This document shows, piece after piece, positions 37,278-38,931 of a stretch of 38,931 nucleotides of DNA (within the stretch, counting starts at the first letter, position 1; every line of letters begins with the position of its first letter). The stretch is taken from positions 1-38,931 of the forward strand of contig CAYMDB010000002.1 of assembly GCA_964388865.1 (NCBI GenBank), written 5' to 3'. Below the pieces are notes generated by a model, which was not told where the DNA came from, did not search any database, and saw nothing but the letters and a program-made list of their open reading frames with translations. A program made the position numbers and the translations under genes. This DNA is from an uncultured Flavobacteriaceae bacterium. Lineage in GTDB: Bacteria; Bacteroidota; Bacteroidia; Flavobacteriales; Flavobacteriaceae.

Positions 37278-38283
37278 CCTTTACTTTCGTGATTATTGTT
37301 TCAACAGAAATGCTTCCTGCTGCAGACTCATAGGCTTCAGGATAGGTGTTTCCATACACAGAAGTCGGTATTAGCGGATATTGATTTCGATCTGCTAATA
37401 AGGCAAAATGATCTGGCTGATGAAATGGTGCAAAACCTGCAAACGGATGCGTCACTCCCCATATGGTAATTACTTTTATGCCTAACATAGCGGCCAAGTG
37501 TGCATTGCCCGAATCCATAGATAGCATAGCATCCAAATTTGAGATCAGTGCTAGTTCTTCATCTAAATTAAGTTTCCCCGCTGCTGAAATGACATTGTTG
37601 TATTTGGTTTCAAAATCGTTTAAAATCCCAACTTCACTCTCTCCACCTCCAAACAAAATGATGGCGTGATCTTTACTCAACTCTGCGATGACTGCTTCCA
37701 TCTGATCTAAGGGATACATCTTGCTTTTATGTGCAGCGAAAGGTGCGATTCCGATGGCTTTGATAGCTTTATTTGGAATAAAACGCTTTAGTTTTTCAGA
37801 CAGCTGCGCTGGTTTTAGAAACTTAGGTTTGGATAAATTCACTTCAAATCCCAAAGCTTGAAAAACATCTGCATAGCATTGATGCGTTATTTTTAATTGT
37901 TGAAACCGTTTTCCTGAAATCAAAGCTTTTTTTTCGGCTCTACCTTTATCGAGTTGGACTACCTTTTTGCCAAGAAAAAAGAATTTTAAAATTTTACTTC
38001 GCAATACATTATGCAAGTCGGCCACAGCATCAAACTGTAAAGCTTTTAATTCTTTGGAAAGTTTATAGAGTCCAAAAATGCCTTTGTGTTTTCCTTTTAA
38101 GTCTGCTGAAAACACGTCAACATGTTTTAAATCTTGAAAAAAAGGCTTAAAAAATGCTCTTGTAACTACAGTAATTTTTAGGTTTGGATGCTGTGCAACT
38201 AAAGCTCTAATAACGGGAACCGTCATAGCAACATCTCCCATGGCTGAAAATCTTAAGACTAATATGTGATGGGGTTTTGACAT
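37252..38283 (-). CDS. Glycosyltransferase family 9 (heptosyltransferase-like)
   Basis: LRFSAMGDV, DSGNAHLAA. Likely start MSKPHH at 38283. Confidence 0.93.
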   Translation of the reverse strand: MSKPHHILVLRFSAMGDVAMTVPVIRALVAQHPNLKITVVTRAFFKPFFQDLKHVDVFSADLKGKHKGIFGLYKLSKELKALQFDAVADLHNVLRSKILKFFFLGKKVVQLDKGRAEKKALISGKRFQQLKITHQCYADVFQALGFEVNLSKPKFLKPAQLSEKLKRFIPNKAIKAIGIAPFAAHKSKMYPLDQMEAVIAELSKDHAIILFGGGESEVGILNDFETKYNNVISAAGKLNLDEELALISNLDAMLSMDSGNAHLAAMLGIKVITIWGVTHPFAGFAPFHQPDHFALLADRNQYPLIPTSVYGNTYPEAYESAAGSISVETIITKVKETCQVFKT

Positions 38284-38292
38284 TATTCCATT

Positions 38293-38325
38293 AAACCTGT
38301 CAGGTTTTAAAAACCTGACAGGTTT
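38293..38325. repeat. 33-bp palindromic REP
   Basis: AAACCTGTCAGGTTTTAAAAACCTGACAGGTTT. Confidence 0.9.
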
Positions 38326-38328
38326 CAA

Positions 38329-38931
38329 TTACTTCTGCCCTCGCAAAACAGGATTTAGCTCATCATCGTTGTACATTTTCATCTGCTTATACACTTTCAT
38401 GTACTTATCACCTTTGGAAATATCATGGAGCAAATCATCAATTGCAGTGCTTAAATCTGTGCGCTGCTCTAACAGAACATTTAACTTTTTCTGGCAAGCC
38501 ACTTTGTGGGCATCAGAAGCATCGTCCCTTACCGTTTCAAGATGCATATGATAAATTTTTAAAGCTAAAATTGAAAGTCTATCTATGGCCCAAGCCGGAC
38601 TTTCAGAATTAATTTTGGCAGTTGGCTTTACCTCAACATCTTTGTATTTTTCTAAAAAATAGCTGTCTATAAATTCTACTGTATCTGTTCTATCCTGGTT
38701 AGAGGCATCAATTTTGCGTTTCAACTTTAAAGCAGCAACAGGATCGATGTTTGGGTCTCTAATAATATCTTCGTAAGCCCATTGCACGGTATCAATCCAG
38801 CATTTTCTGTAAAGAAGGTGCGCGATTAAATCATCGTTTTTATCATACTTGTTTGTAAAAGACTGATCTACTGTGTTTAAAACTTTGTAGGTTTTAATAA
38901 CGTCCTGAAATATGGTATTGTCTTTTTGTGA
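38329..38931 (-). CDS. DUF4254 domain protein (5'-truncated by window)
   Basis: Frame open to the window end; WIDTVQWAYEDIIR, NQDRTD.VE.ID, ESPAWAIDRLSILALKIYHM. Confidence 0.9.
   Translation of the reverse strand, partial: SQKDNTIFQDVIKTYKVLNTVDQSFTNKYDKNDDLIAHLLYRKCWIDTVQWAYEDIIRDPNIDPVAALKLKRKIDASNQDRTDTVEFIDSYFLEKYKDVEVKPTAKINSESPAWAIDRLSILALKIYHMHLETVRDDASDAHKVACQKKLNVLLEQRTDLSTAIDDLLHDISKGDKYMKVYKQMKMYNDDELNPVLRGQK

Noticed and set aside
38284-38328. N-terminal extension of GT9
   Set aside because: Translated REP; the true start is likely 38283.

Overview
Core-genome window from a Bacteroidota flavobacterium (Flavobacteriaceae, Winogradskyella-like by gene order and low GC; inference). 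In order it holds: the recA 3' part; a lipoprotein/ECF sigma/trans-envelope anti-sigma operon; plsC; trpS; a ~4.2 kb accessory cassette (XRE regulator, small secreted two-Cys protein, GLPGLI protein, frameshifted outer-membrane beta-barrel); dprA; a SPOR protein; a thioesterase; the envC-DUF4292-TPR-nucleotidyltransferase-dut-flippase cluster; atpB/E/F/H/A/G with atpZ/I-type accessory genes; bactofilin; sprE; a PadR operon with three paralogous membrane proteins and an ABC transporter; a PaaE-like reductase; a GT9; and DUF4254 (partial). The ORF track misses several things. (1) A decayed GIY-YIG nuclease gene sits between inverted hairpin repeats of a family scattered across the window, including a ~160-bp-period array, which suggests a REP/RAYT-like system driven by a GIY-YIG nuclease. 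(2) A recombination scar (dprA 3' tail fused to a second trpS 3' tail) shows how the GLPGLI cassette entered. (3) An A8 tract frameshifts the cassette barrel gene. (4) There is a probable sRNA downstream of the anti-sigma gene. (5) padR appears to have a leaderless, autorepressed promoter. All family assignments come from reading motifs; no searches were run.
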